A stretch of DNA of 61,051 bases, filler included, from Hausera hauseri (Eukaryota), in assembly GCA_046269625.1 (NCBI GenBank). It is 12 parts of 12 records of this genome, joined end to end, with 100 filler letters (N's around TTAATTAATTAA, not from the genome) between each part and the next. Parts side by side here need not be neighbours in the genome. Positions count along the whole stretch, not along the records: positions 19,291 to 23,619 come from JBJURY010632996.1; positions 23,720 to 27,869 come from JBJURY010733988.1; positions 27,970 to 34,307 come from JBJURY010111321.1; positions 34,408 to 39,391 come from JBJURY010370593.1; 8 more parts are not named here. One strand, given 5' to 3'. Both the position numbers and the translations under genes were made by a program. Below are positions 23,221-36,332 of the stretch, in pieces; position 1 is the first letter of the stretch, and each line of letters opens with the position of its first letter. Under the pieces are notes generated by a model that was not told the origin of the DNA, ran no database searches, and was given only the letters and a program-made list of their open reading frames with translations.

Positions 23221-24099
23221 AATCATCGAACAAATCTCAAAGTGGATAATGATAATATGAATGATACAAATGTTGTTATTAACATGAAATATGTAAGCTA
23301 ATCCAAAAGTTTAATTGTCAGATTTTATTTACTTGAGACAAGTTTAACAAATCTAATTAATATGAAAAGTAAAGAATTGAACATTCAATTGAATGGAATA
23401 TGTGAATCGTCGTTCACAAAACTTCCACAGCACCACTTGTTAGATAAGCTGCATAACTATTTCATCAATCAGTTCACAATAAATGATTTGTTTTAATAAT
23501 ATTTTTTCTCGTAAACTGTTGACATTTTCTCGCGTAGAACTAAAAAAAATATGCAATTTTTGCATATTTTTGTGCTATAGCACAACAGGCAAAAGTCACA
23601 TGAAGTTGACTCCTACACCNNNNNNNNNNNNNNNNNNNNNNNNNNNNNNNNNNNNNNNNNNNNTTAATTAATTAANNNNNNNNNNNNNNNNNNNNNNNNN
23701 NNNNNNNNNNNNNNNNNNNTGTATCAATAAAATTTTGTTTTTCTTTAGTAAATTTGGTGATATTTAATATTTATTTACAATTTTATGGTGCGTTTTATCC
23801 ATTATGGTAGAGGTACAATATACAAGTAAAACGATAAAGGTGCAGGCTAGCCTCTATGGTAGCTGAACCACCGTATGAACTCACGAAAAAGTTGCACCAG
23901 CGCAACTTCCATAAAAAATGTTATTGAACATTAAATCACAATGCTTCTTAATAAAATCATGCACTGATTCCGAAAATGACATCAGTTTTCTTTCCGTCGT
24001 CAACGGTATGGACACAGTAAAGGAAAATTTAAATTTTTTATAGCACAATGTATTCATTGTTAAGTAGTGCCCGTTCGCAGAACATTAGCCCTATCTGAA

Positions 24100-24880
24100 C
24101 TGTTAAAAGTGAATTTTTGGGCGTTTTTGCTTATTTATAAAATCATCATTCCTGACCAAACTCCATATGTACTTCCTCATCATTGCTTCATCCAATCTTC
24201 CTGATATCTCCTTTCATCGCCTATATATTTTGATGAGTGCTCTCTATGCTTTTCGTTGACATTGCCCAAGTTTCGTCTGAAGAAGTCCAAATGAGAGTAC
24301 AAATAGTGCACCTTGAGAGACATCCTGCATTCAAGGCTTTGGTAGCTTTCGACCAGTTCTTCAATGAGATTTGCTATTTCCAAGGAATTCGGTTACAACA
24401 TTCTTAAATGCATTCCATGTTCTTCGTTCTGTGGATGTCATTGCATCCTTCAGATCCTGTGATTCAACATTTGTTTCACTAGTGGACCAACAAATATGCA
24501 ATCGGAGATTTCGCAATTGTCAACTTTGGAAACATTGCTCGGATTTTCTTGAATGTATCACCATCACGATTCAGTGCTTTTATAAACTATGCTATGAGCC
24601 TCAGCTTGATGTGTAGACGTGGAAGCAAGACTTTATCAACTGGAACAAGTGGACTGTGCTTGACATTGTAAACACCAGGCTGCAGTGTGGCTCTTCCTAG
24701 CCAATCTTTTTTGATGTAGTGCTGAGTAACATCTCTTCTTTCCCAGAGACAAAGGAAGCAAAGATAATTTGTAAATCCATCTTGCAATCCAAGAAATCCC
24801 AACATCGTAAAATCTCCACAGACCTCCTATTTGTGTTCCTCGTACTTAAGCTTTTCCAACAAACTTTTCACATTCTGTTT
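24100..24880 (-). mobile_element. CMC/Chapaev3-like transposase remnant, C-terminal part
   Basis: LGLQDGFTNYLCFLCLW, LPRLHIKLRL, MSLKVHYLYSHLDFF, NLGNVNEKHRE. Confidence 0.7.
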
Positions 24881-26519
24881 GTAAACCAGTATACAGTGCA
24901 TTGCAACTTTCTAAACGAAATAAAATTTGAACCGAAAAGAAACTTATTCGACACTTTAAGGCACGGAAATCCACTCAGTTTAAAATATACAGATTTCAGT
25001 GCCTGCAAATTCACGGCGTAATAAATCAATGGGAATTTAGTCATTATTCCACAAGAAGCAAGTGAAAAACGGCAGATTATATTTTCCGCTGATAATTTAC
25101 AAAACTGTATTCAACAATCAATAAAGAAAAATGTATGTCGAATTAAATCAATGTTTTTCTAATGTCAGAACGTTTCAATTTAAATTTGTTTCGCACAATT
25201 TCACGTGAATATTGAAACAAGGAGCATAATTTTTGCAAAAGAAAAAAATGGGGCAACCTCGGAAATCAAATGCCAACCCCTCGGCAACTGTTTTACAAAA
25301 CATTGATGGATAGTAATGCTGCCAACATGACTGACAATCAGTTGAAATTAATTTCTGATAACGACATGATTATAGACCACAAATGATTCCGATACGATAA
25401 TAAACACAAAGAAAATTGGATATTAAATTGAAATATCCGAGAAATAAGTTTTTCTGCATATAATAAATAAAATCGATTTAGTTGTTACGCAGTTTTTTCT
25501 TTTTGGTTCATTATTCTTCGTTGTGTAGGAACAATTTATTTTTTCCATAATAGTTCGGCAAAAATTCGTTGGGAAATCCGCCGGAAAAGGAAGTCACATT
25601 TAGCAATTTGAACGATAACATTAACAACAATAATTTGGAAGATACGCGTAACTTGTGCGGTGTCGTTGATGAAGTAAAAATTTTGTGACAAAGCGTTATT
25701 TGGGATTAGCCAAAGTGGTATTTCATAGATCACGGAGTTCGCAAGTGCGTGTGAAAAATACAATAATACATCTAAAATGGGCAATGTCATGAAAGTACAA
25801 TTTGGCGTTTTGGGTTGGTTTTGTGTGATGTCGAAGACGAATAATTAATTTACGGAATAGGAAAAACTCCGTGATGATCTGCGAATTAACATGCTTAATC
25901 CACCGACCGTATCGAGTTCTGTTGCGAAAACAAAACCAAACCGATTACGTCGTTTAATTTCTATCCAAACGAACCGCCACATTCAAGCAATTTTGTTGCC
26001 GTCCGATGACGTTGCAAAACCAACCAGACAATTATCACATGATTCTAATTCAGATGGAAATTCCGTTCATTGACGACGAACATCAAATACGATTGAAATG
26101 GGCAATATGTCCGAACGAGGCAGTGATGAAGGTTCTCGTAAATATTCCAAATATAATCTTGTTTCGTCGCCTATTGACCCCGGTCGAATGGTGGCTAGCT
26201 CTTAGAAACAAACCACTTGAACCATTGGATATTCGTAACCGTTCTTCAAAAACCGTCCAACGACAAGGTCCTCCGATGGAGTACAACGGCCCCGATTAAC
26301 GGCACAACCAGGGCGAAAGAGCCATCGCGGCTATGGACGATCAAAATGTGTCAGGGTGCTAAAATGCACAGTGGGCACCACACTGGTAATCATTCCTTCA
26401 GATAAACAGAATGACCAACAGGAATCGAAGGGTACACATTGCCACTGTGAAAAAGGACCACCTTCAAACTTCTTGATGAACTGCTGATGGAGAGATATCA
26501 CTCTTGGGGACAATGTTCC

Positions 26520-26750
26520 AAACTTATTTCTTTAAACAGTCCACGAATATCAGTACAGTAATATAGGGATTCGTCGACTGCAAAATATTTAGCATATTGC
26601 TCATGCCTTTTCCGGACTGTGGATACTTTACAACTGGGATCCAATAAATTTCACTCTTTTAGTCGTGATGCTAATAGATCTGCTCCAGATTTGGTAAGAT
26701 CCAAATCTCTCTCCAAATCATCAAGATACCTGGTAGGCACTGAATATTCT
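26520..26750 (-). mobile_element. CMC/Chapaev3-like transposase remnant, N-terminal part
   Basis: LDDLERDLDLTKSGADLLASRLKE*NLL...YFAVDESLYYCTDIRGL. Confidence 0.6.
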
Positions 26751-27425
26751 GTAAATGGAAAATGGAGTACTGTATTTAGCGGTGCTAGTTAGGTGCTAAT
26801 AACGGCAGTGATAGTTAGATAGTAGCAGCTTATTGAAAAAGCTAGTATTAAACAATCATATTATAGAATATTACCAAATCTTAGGTACAGGTGTTCGCAT
26901 GCACGCCAAAACTTACTCTAAATGTTGTAAGAAATAAGTCTAAACTAGTTATAACTTTATTTTTCCACTGCATTACATAAATCATCTAAAATAGAAGGAT
27001 TACATGTACCGCAAGGATTTACACAAACAGTATTTTCCAACGCATCAGCATGCGAAACGTTATGAAACTGTCGTACATATCTTATCGGTCGATTCCCAAA
27101 AACGGAAAATAATCCGCCTGATCCTCCTTGTTAAATTCTCAATAAACTGCATTTGACGTGGCTTATCGTACATTACATAATAATCATCAAGATATAAATA
27201 AGACTAAAAAACTTATCCAAACAAAATGTGTCGCTGCAAACCTGTTTTATATGGCGAATATACGGTTCTTAAACCCTCTAAGTTGGGTCTTCCTCCGACT
27301 GAATTTTATTAGGAGAACAATAACGAGAAACATACAAAGGACAATTTAAAGAGTACAAATGACTACGAAGACCATCGAAATTATGGCACAACTGAATCAA
27401 ACACGTATCAATTGACTGAGACATA

Positions 27426-27869
27426 AGGGGTGAGTAAAAAAAATGCGACAAACTTCGAATGACCAAAGTTTTATTAATAAGTAGAGTAGAAACATTTTAT
27501 GTACAAAATAAGTTCCAGACACTGGACTTTAATGTAATGTAACTAAGAAGCAGCAAAAGGACTTGCACGGTAGATCCTCCGAAGCTCCTTCACGCCTACT
27601 CGAATCAGGTCGCGCATAGTCTCGTTCGGGATTTTGTTGCTCAAATTTCAGTAAATACACTTGAAGGAGTTAAGGTCTTTCTATTGATATGCCTTGGCTT
27701 TGAAGTTCTGTTTTAGAATTGCCCAATATCTTTCTGTACCTCTTGAATATTGAACATTTCATGGGTTGGGTTCCTTCGAGACCATATTGATTTTATTTCC
27801 ATCCAAAAAGGTGGCCACTGAGGCTGTGTAATGGCTGCAGGCTAAGTCGGGTCAAAACAGTACATTCTT
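27426..27869 (-). mobile_element. DD37E Tc1-like transposon, 3' end
   Basis: LF*PDLACSHY...NP*N...RGTERYWAILK with 37 residues between D and E; TIR-like AGGGGTGAG after TA at ~27424. Confidence 0.7.
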
Positions 27870-28279
27870 NNNNNNNNNNNNNNNNNNNNNNNNNNNNNNN
27901 NNNNNNNNNNNNNTTAATTAATTAANNNNNNNNNNNNNNNNNNNNNNNNNNNNNNNNNNNNNNNNNNNNTCCACCTGAGGTGTGTCAGCGTAATTCGTTA
28001 TATAACACTGAAGTGCTTTGGATTCAGAATTAAAATTTCTGCGATTATCAGCACTATATTGAAGAGGAATTATTATTCGAAAATGATGAATGCACAGGTA
28101 GTAATCCATTAAATCATACCAGCTATTGTAAAAATCACCTGTTCCTGCAACATACTCGGAGCAGAAGAAACTATGTGCATGGATCGGTTCCATCGACGTC
28201 TGATGGAGATGGAGCAAATGAGACAATTTCCACTGGGGAAATGTCGACTGATACGGTATGAACATTTCATGGCGTAGAG

Positions 28280-28510
28280 GTTTTAATGAGCTGATATAAA
28301 TAACTTTGGGCACAATATTGGACTGCATTCATGATAAAATTAATTTCGACAAGCATATTTCAAAAATGACAGTTTTCTCTGAACCGGTTGGTGCCGTTAT
28401 TACTATGGATTTGTTTGAGTTGAATATGTCATGAAATGCTAACGCCTGTATCTTATTTAAGGATGGATATGGAAATGTTGATCGATATTCGGTATGCAAT
28501 TTCTCGTGTA
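28280..28510 (-). pseudogene. HFM1: HFM1/Mer3 Ski2-like helicase N-terminal fragment
   Basis: YRSTFPYPSLNKIQALAFHDIFNSNKSIVITAPTGSEKTVIFE...KVIYISSLKPL; Walker A mutated, internal stop, truncated. Confidence 0.75.
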
Positions 28511-28812
28511 TAATAACATATCTTTGATCAAGTAGATGGATAACAAAGTCATGTACTATATCGTTTGATGATTTATGAGTACCCCATTCGAAAATTTTTA
28601 GCGATGTTGTAAAAAACATGAATAACGTCGGCTAACACACCGTTGAATGAATCAAGACTTACATGTGGGGTAAATATGTCCGTTTCACGACAAATCAAAA
28701 AGATCTTATGTCCATTGGTGTAATGTTTATCGTGTGTAGAGGCCAAACCACTCAAGCATTTCAACGAAATATCTATTCGAAGTTAGACCTCAGAGTCATT
28801 GTGGTCAAGAAA

Positions 28813-29966
28813 TTATTCACTACAAAGTTGATAGAGGAGTCCGTTTCTTGTGAACGCTGCTGCTTCAGTATCAAAACCGCGATTGGAAAATGTCTGACAG
28901 GCAGCTGCATGCAGTATACTAGGCCATTTTAAATTGGTTAACTTTAATAATGGAATTGATATCTCCAAACAATAAGTAGTCCATATCGATAATTTCGCAG
29001 AAAGCATTCCATTGTCGCGAAGAATTAGCTGTTCTTTCACCGTATGTAGACTACGTTCACCGAATGCTTTATTTAGATGGGTTGCGGATTCTGGTAAATT
29101 GTCTTTTAATTGCTGGGCATCTGTTTTACTATTAGTCAATATGACACAAACCGTTGCATTTTTTGACGACTTAATATATTTGCGAAAGGGATCAAATTGT
29201 AAATATTTAGACAAAGAATTCGACACTGCTGACATTCTTGTTCTAATCCAGTATTTGACAATTGATTCTTCGACAAACTGATAAACTGAAATATCCTTTG
29301 AAAATGACTTTTTCGGTAAAATTTTCACAGAAACGATGCCATTAATACGAAAGAATTCTTTAAAGCACACGTACGTGGCTATCTGAAACACAGAGCATTC
29401 GTTGCGGCGTTTCGAGAAACACCGTGACACTGGTGGTAACATTGCACCATCGAACGACTGGACATTTTCGAACTTATCATTTATGTCTTCATTAATCGCC
29501 GTGCATAAACGAACGTTTCGTTTATGATAAAGATAATTGTTTTTCCAAAGTAAAACCAACATAGGATCCATATAGTCCAAGAATATATCACAAAAAACTT
29601 TCTGAAATATTTCATCAATTTTCATGTTTTCCGAAAATTTATGGAAAATCTTATCTTTAATCAACGTGTCTAACATGTCGAAAAAAATATACTCAATGAT
29701 TGTTTATGAACTGTTTCTAAGAATAACGAAACCCGGTAACATCGGCGAGCCATATCGGGACTATCTGACGAGGAGATCGTATCGGTAAAATCTTTCCGAA
29801 ATTGCTCAGCATAATTCTCAATAAACAAATCATAGCGTAAAAGGAATTTTTGGGTTATAAATTGTGGTATTTGAAAACTAACGTCATGGGCTAATGTCAA
29901 CGGACGACGGCGAAGTATCGTTTTTGTTCTGAAGGAAAAATTCTTTTTTTCGTTATGAGATGTCAA
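28813..29966 (-). pseudogene. Unassigned ORFs, probably further host-gene fragments
   Basis: 287-aa and 98-aa ORFs co-oriented with the PLOD and HFM1 fragments; no family recognised. Confidence 0.25.
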
Positions 29967-30219
29967 TATATCCTTGCATTACATCCATGTGATAAGAATG
30001 TACAGGAATTTCTGACACCATTTTGTTAGTGGTTGAATGATAAATATCCGTAATTAAAAAATCCAGAAGGTCAAATGCGATAAATTCCAAATAAGATTCA
30101 ATATCGAAAAAACAACATGGCTAGATTCAATTTTTATTCGATTCAAATCACCACGTTTGTCTGCTACATAAAAACAAAATTTTTTAAACAACCAAAAAAA
30201 AGTTTTTTATTACGTCATA

Positions 30220-31025
30220 GGCACTTGATTGACACCAGATTTTCGATTGTTTCGACATTCGTCAACTGTACCAGAAAATCAACAAACAATAGGAAATCAC
30301 TGTCGAATTATTTGATGATATCCTCACGACGTTCTGCAGCAGTTTTGTCAACATTAGAGTCGACATACGCGAATTAATTGTACAAATTAGCATTTCCATC
30401 AATGAATGACGTCACTTAATAATCCATCGAGATTCTAAAATAATCCCGATTTCGTGTCCAATTTCAAACCGAATTTTGTTCGCAATTCGGCATCTGTAAA
30501 TATTTTCGTTAGGTAATACTGAATATTACCGCCAATCATTTGGTATTGTTCAACGGACAGCAAATCGTACAGCGTATTTGCAAATCCGATTATTCCATTT
30601 CGTCCGACGATTCGTTTTTCTGTTTTCTCCACTTCGGGATAAGTTGTATTGGGTGATGAATCCGACTGGCATTCTACAGCAGCTGAAAGAACGGTTCTAG
30701 CGTTTATTTCGATGAATCGTTTGGCGATTTCCGAACTGGGATTTAGAAGCAAACTACCGGTTTCAACAAATAACACAATTGCATTTTCATTTGATTTTAA
30801 TTCCGTTAAATAATCTTTCATTGCTGATAGTTTGTTAATTGTCTTTAGTAGAATTCCTTTTGTTTTCGCTGATTCATTTTGTCTGATGATAGAGTCGGAA
30901 TTCGGATTGCCGAATGTATAGCCGATGAACTCGGAACAATTAACAATACGATATAACTCCAATAAGAGAGTTGCAATTAAAAGAAAACTTCTTTTCATTG
31001 TGATTAGCTTTGCTGAATGATTCAA
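30220..31025 (-). pseudogene. PLOD: Procollagen lysyl hydroxylase/glycosyltransferase (PLOD) N-terminal fragment
   Basis: Signal peptide, IVLFVET, VLSAAVEC...YPEV, GIIGFANTL, QYYLTKIFTD...LKLDTKSGLF*NLDG, then a later PLOD-like segment after a deletion; intronless. Confidence 0.75.
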
Positions 31026-31064
31026 ATCAGATAATTTGATTGTTTGTTTGGAGAGATATTGACA

Positions 31065-31185
31065 TTTTCGAAGCAGAAAACAAGGGTCCGCCTATGTGCC
31101 CGACGCGTCGACAGCGGAAAACCCGACCGTGACCAACCGAATGGACCGGAGGGCAACAGTCGGTACGGGCACCACATCACCCCCC
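31065..31185 (-). repeat. Polypurine tract and start of the 3' LTR
   Basis: GGGGGGTGA followed by TGTGGTGCCC at 31176, downstream of pol. Confidence 0.7.
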
Positions 31186-33657
31186 GTAGCAAAGTTAGAA
31201 CTATACAAGATAAAATAAAAGAAAAAGAAGCGCAAAAAGAAAAGTGTGTGTTAATTGATCTTAGTGGGTACAAGGCGTTGAATACCTTCTACTGATTTTT
31301 CCCTACCTTATTTGCTGAATGTGACTCTGCGTGTTGTGCATTTATGCAATGTGTCTGTTTGCAGAGCTTGAGGTTGGGGAAAAAATTGTTAGATTTTAGT
31401 GTAGGTGTTATGTCGTGCGAAGATGAAGAGGAAGGTAAAGAAAGGGAAATAGAAGGTGAAGAAGATGAAGAAGGTGAAGAAGATGAAAAAGGTGAAGAAG
31501 GTAAAGGAGGAAGAGTGGGTGTGGTAGACGGAGGGTTAATGATATTGAGAATAGTAGTAGAAGACGAAGGAGTGATGACAGGTATAGTGGTGGATAAAGG
31601 AAGAACAGAAAAGGTTGGAGGAGAGACTGGAGTTGTGTCGAGTAAAGGAGTTGAAGAGGAATATGATATCGAAGGAGTGGAAGAGATAGGAAGGTTGGTA
31701 GGAATAGAAGCAGGAAGTGTAAGAAATGATGAAGCAAGACTAGGCGCGGAAGAGGAAAGTGGAAATTGTATAGTAATAGATGTAGGGATAGTAGTGAGTG
31801 GAGGAGTAAGGAAAGAAACTGGTGTATAAGGTGGTAAAGTGTCGTTGACAAAGAAAGCTGGATTCAGGTTGGTGATGTGTACAGTGAAGTCTTTACCGTC
31901 TTTAGAGATGATGACGTTATGCGAGTGGAGCTGTAAAAGTTTATAGGGCCGCAGACACCGTGGCTGGAAACCGCAAGGGGCCTGATTTTTCAGCCAAACA
32001 AATTTAGCCGTGTATAGATCTTCAGGTAGGTATGTTTTATTATTATGAAGTATTCTGCAAAACGAGTCTTTGCTGACTTAGACGAAGTGATGTTGCGCCG
32101 CCCGTATCGTCTCATCTGTGAGAGTGTCGTCTAGGGCAGTTAATTCGAATAATAAACGGACAGGAGCTCCAAATAATGCCTCAGTGGGTGTGCATCCTGT
32201 AGAAGTGGACGGGGTGTTCCGCCAGCCAAGCAGAACGAACGGAAGAAGATTGGTCCAACTACTGTTGGACTCTGCAAGAATTCTTAACGACGTTTTCAGT
32301 GTGAAGTGGAAGCGTTCTAGGAGGCCATTCGATTGGGAATGATAAGGCATTGTGTAAATATGGCGAATTCCCAATCGGTTAACAAGGGATTTGAACAGGT
32401 TGGATTCAAATTGTGGACCTTGGTCCGTGATTATGAAGCGAGGTGATCCAAACGTGCTAATCCATGTGCGAATGAAAACGTCGGCTATGGTGTCGGTGTT
32501 AGTGCTCCGCAGAGGGATGGCTTCTGGCCATCGCGAGGAACGGTCCATCATGGTGAGAATGAATTGATGTCTGTTGTCTGGAGGAAGAGGGCCAACGATG
32601 TCGATATGCACGGATTCGAAACGCGATGTGCAGGGAAAGTGGAGTAGTGGTGACTTTAATTGCTTAGCTGTTTTTTATTTTTGGCAAGCCGTACACTCCT
32701 TAACCCATGCCTGCACATCAGAACGCATTGACGGTCAAATTACTTATCGATGGAATAGACGAAAAGTGGCTTTAGCACCAGGGTGGTGTGGTGAATGCAC
32801 GCTGTAAAATACTTGCCTTTGCAATGATGGTGCTAGGAGTATTACGGAATGGCCTGGTTTAGAAGTGTCTAAAGCCACGCCGTCAACGATTATGCAAAAC
32901 TTAAAAGAATTAAGCATGTTCTGAGGTGGCTGGTTCTGTTGAAGTTGAGCTTGCTTAAAAATCGGTGAAAAATTAATAGAATTAACCAATTTAGATAAAA
33001 AATCAGCAACTAAATTGTTAACCCCGTTAATATGTTTAAGATCGAAGTTAAATGTCAATAAGTATGATATTTGTCGTTCTTGGCGTGTGGAAGGGTGATT
33101 TATAGCCATGATGTTAAGTAAGGGCTTGTGATCGGTTTGTATAGTAAAATGACGAGCGACAAGTAGGTGTGAGAAGTGTTTCAAAGCGAGAACGATGGCC
33201 AATAGTTCTCGATCAAACTTGGAATATCTGGTTTTAGGTGCTGTTAGCTTGCGAGAGAAGAATTCTAACGGTTGATTTTCTCCCTTGTAGATCTGGTGGA
33301 GTATAGCGCCTACTGCAGTGGTTGACGCGTCTGTAGTAAGGATGAGTTCTGCATCAGGCTTCGGGAAAGCAAGAATATCGACGGTCTTAATTCCCTCGCG
33401 TAGCTTGTCAAATTTGTCAACCAATTCAGGTGTCTGCTGGATAGGCTGATGTTTTTGCCGCCGCTTAGGTGTGCGAATGGTGCTGTAAATTCGGAGCAAT
33501 ATGATACATATTTATGTACAAAGTGTAGTGTAACAAGGAAACTGCGCATTTCGATGGTTGTACGTGGCAACTGGGTATTTTTAAGAGCTTCGACTTGGTC
33601 TGATTGGGGAGATTGTCCGTCTGGTGAAAGTAAGGCGATGTGAGCACACTGCCCCAA
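31186..33657 (-). mobile_element. Ty3/gypsy (CsRN1-like) pol remnant: RT end, RNase H, integrase, Pro/Ser/Thr-rich tail
   Basis: LTTDASTTAVGAIL, FFSRKL, DRELLA, TDHKPL, HIDIVGPLPP, SRWPEAIPL, TDQGPQFES, SNGLLERFH. Confidence 0.9.
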
Positions 33658-33939
33658 TATAAATTTCCTATGTCGAGGCCCCCCCAGGATTGGACATCAA
33701 TATTCAATATTCAATATTTAATATGGTAAATTTTGGTGCAGACGGGGTTTCACTATTCCCACCCCCACATTGTTTAAATTTTGATAAGTTGATAAGTTGA
33801 TATTAATACTCCTGTGTCACTTGTGAATAAAAAATTTGTCAACATTTAAATGTACATTATGACAAAACAGAGGACAAAGAAGTCTTTAAAATTATTTATT
33901 AATATAACACATACAAGCAATCAAATATTTACATATTTA

Positions 33940-34307
33940 ATACAATAATGTCCATAGGCGACACTTTTCTTTTTCGATGTCTAGTGTCGTTTGACGTCGA
34001 ATGGATCTAGCGCTTTCTTTTTGGTACTGATCGTCATCAGTTCATGGTTCTTTGTCCCAATCCGTTCTTGATCAACAATTGTTCCATATCCATTCTTATA
34101 TGCTTGCAAGTAGTTGTCGAAGTGCAATTTCGTTTGTTTCAGATTGATACCCTTACATTTGAGCACTGGTTTGGTTTGGGTTTTCAGGGCATACGATGTC
34201 GGTCTTAGGAAAATGGCTTCTTCATATTCTGCACTACCCTTACTTTCATCCTTAAATTTTCCAATTACTGAAGCGAAACGAGTAGAATAAAGAGGGTCTT
34301 TAGCATC
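33940..34307 (-). pseudogene. C-terminus of a Polinton-type DNA polymerase B
   Basis: IGKFKDE, FLRPTSYA, KCKGI, KKALDPFDVKRH, AYGHY. Confidence 0.85.
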
Positions 34308-34407
34308 NNNNNNNNNNNNNNNNNNNNNNNNNNNNNNNNNNNNNNNNNNNNTTAATTAATTAANNNNNNNNNNNNNNNNNNNNNNNNNNNNNNNNNNNNN
34401 NNNNNNN

Positions 34408-36332
34408 AACGTAATAAATATCCACCTAATATTTGACAAATTGTGTTTTGCTGATGTTTTGTCGACCAAATAAATATCTATCTAATATTTGACTAATTGT
34501 GTATTGCTGATGTTTTGTCGACCTAATATATATCCGAAGAATATATGACTAATTACGTTTGGATGATGTTTTCTCGACCTAGCACATATCCGCATAATAT
34601 GACTAATAGCGTTTAGGTGCTGTTTTGTCGACCTAAGAAATATGCATCAAATATTTGACTAATTGTGTTTTGTTAATGTTTTTTCCGCATAATAAATATC
34701 CACCTAATATTTGACGAATTGGGTTTTGTTGATGTTTTGTCGACCTAATAAAAACCCACCTAATATTTGACTAACTGTGTTTTGTTGATGTTTTTTCGGC
34801 ATAATAAATATCCATCTAATATTTCACTAATTGTGTTTCGTTGATGTTTTGTCGGCATAATAAATATCCATCTAATATTTGACGAATTGGGTTTTGTTGA
34901 CCTTTTGTCCTTGTAATAAATGTCCGTCAAATATTTGATTAATTGTATTTATTTGGTGCTTTGTCGATTTAATAAAAATCCACCTAATATTTGACTAAAC
35001 GTTTTTTGTTGACGTTTTGTCGAACTAATAAATATCCTTTTAATATTTGACTGCTTATGTCTTTTTGATGTTTTGTCGACCTAATTAATATCAATCTAAT
35101 ATTTGATGAATTGTGTTTTGTTGATGTTTTCTGGACATAATAAATATCCATCTAATATTTGACTGCTTCTGTTTTGTTTATGTTTTGTCGGCAAAATAAA
35201 TACCCATCTAACATTTGACTGATTGTGTTTTATTGATCACTTGTCCACCTAAGAAATATCCATCTAATATTTGACTATTTGTGCTTTGTTGATGTTTTGT
35301 CAACCTAATAAATATCGGTCTAACTTACGACTAACTGCGTTTGGATGATGTTTTGTCGATATAACAAATATGCATCAAATATTTGACTAATTGTGTTTTG
35401 TTGATGTTTTTTCGACCTAATAAATATCCATCTAATATTTGACTAATTGTATTTTGTTGACGTTTTGTCGACCTAATAAAAATCCACCTAATATTTGAAT
35501 AATTGTGTTTTGTTGAAGTTTTGTCCAACTAATATATATCTATCTAATATTTGACTAATTGTGTTTTGCTGATGTTTTGTCGACATTATAGATATCAATC
35601 TAATATTTGACGAATGGGGTTTTGTTGATCTTTTGTCGACCTAATAAATATCCGTGTAATATTTGACTAATTGAGGTATGTTGATGCTTTGTCGACCTAA
35701 TAAAAATCCACCTAATATTTGATTAATTGTGTTTTGTTGATGTTTTGTCGACTTGATAAATATCAATCTAATATTTGACGAATTGCGCTTTGTTGATGTT
35801 TTGTCGACCTAATAAATATCCGTCTCATATTGGCTAATTGTGTTTTGTTGATGTTTTGTCAATTTAATAAATATCCACTTAATATTTGACTAATTGTGCT
35901 TTGTTGATGTTTTCTGGACCTAATAAATATCCATCTAATAATTGACTGCTTCTGTTTCGTTTATGTTTTGTCGGCAAAATAAATACCCATCTAACATTTG
36001 ACTGATTGTGTTTTATTGATCGTTTGTCCACCTAATAAATATCCATCTAATATTTGACTATTTGTGCTTTGCTGATGTTTTGTCAACCTAATAAATATCG
36101 GCCTAATATACGACTAACTGCGTTTGGATGATGTTTTTTCTATCTAACAAATATACATCAAATATTTGACTAATTGTATTTTGTTGATGTTTTGTCGACC
36201 TAATAAAAATCCCCTTAATATTTGACTAATTGTGTTTTGTTGATGTTTTGTCCAACTAATAAATATCCACCTAATATTTGACTAATTGTGTTCCGATGAT
36301 GTTTTGTCGACCTAATAAATATCCACCTAATA
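34408..36332. repeat. 56-bp tandem satellite, about 34 copies
   Basis: Consensus GACCTAATAAATATCCATCTAATATTTGACTAATTGTGTTTTGTTGATGTTTTGTC; e.g. units start at 35414 and 35470. Confidence 0.95.

Noticed and set aside
31344-31851. Glu/Gly-rich (+) and Leu/His-rich (-) ORFs as genes
   Set aside because: Shadow frames of the low-complexity Pro/Ser/Thr tail after the gypsy integrase.
34408-36332. CRISPR array
   Set aside because: Whole 56-bp units repeat with scattered substitutions; there are no unique spacers or cas genes, and the context is eukaryotic.
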